Shown piece after piece: positions 31,867-32,000 of a stretch of 32,000 bases of DNA (position 1 is the stretch's first letter; every line of letters begins with the position of its first letter). Both the position numbers and the translations under genes were made by a program. The notes beneath the pieces are model-generated. The model had not been told where the DNA came from, searched no databases, and worked only from the letters and a program-made list of their open reading frames with translations. The DNA is from Candidatus Methylomirabilis oxygeniifera. GTDB taxonomy: Bacteria > Methylomirabilota > Methylomirabilia > Methylomirabilales > Methylomirabilaceae. The stretch is taken from contig FP565575.1 of assembly GCA_000091165.1 (NCBI GenBank), positions 1,860,001 to 1,892,000 on the forward strand, read 5' to 3'.

Positions 31867-32000
31867 CTCAAATTCGGACACTATGAATACGGTCAAACGG
31901 CTTGACCGCCCACGGCTGCCATGCGAGAGTCTCTTGGGATTCCGGCTGGTGGTCGCCGGCTGATGTTCCAAGCCGGTCTCGATAACAAGGCTGCCGGCGC

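Overview
The window looks chromosomal and GC-rich. The gene set (form I Rubisco with cbbX, archaeal-type PEP carboxylase, and the clpP/clpX, bamD, rsmA, thiL housekeeping genes) would fit an NC10/Methylomirabilis-like bacterium, but that assignment is inference from gene content only. Strongly supported core: pyrD, nth, fbp and rpiA (minus strand), rbcL-rbcS-cbbX, archaeal-type PEPC, beta-carbonic anhydrase, alr, tRNA-Leu(UAG), tig, clpP, clpX, bamD, rsmA, thiL, eno and a Glu dehydrogenase. Accessory parts: (i) a CsgG-like lipoprotein locus with two secreted unknowns, one with a Cys-rich C-terminus, behind a leader that can form two hairpins; (ii) an IS21-type istA pseudogene and an orphan DUF4143-type ATPase; (iii) an apparently decayed integron-like islet at 15.9-17.5 kb, with an IntI-like integrase carrying an internal in-frame deletion, an attC-like fold, a DUF4160/DUF2442 pair and a nucleotidyltransferase remnant; (iv) a toxin-antitoxin-rich islet at 28.7-32 kb with a second recombinase remnant, a second attC-like fold and a well-formed HigBA promoter/operator. 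The most interesting signals are the integron-like fossils and the CsgG-linked Cys-rich protein. No CRISPR array or rRNA was seen.
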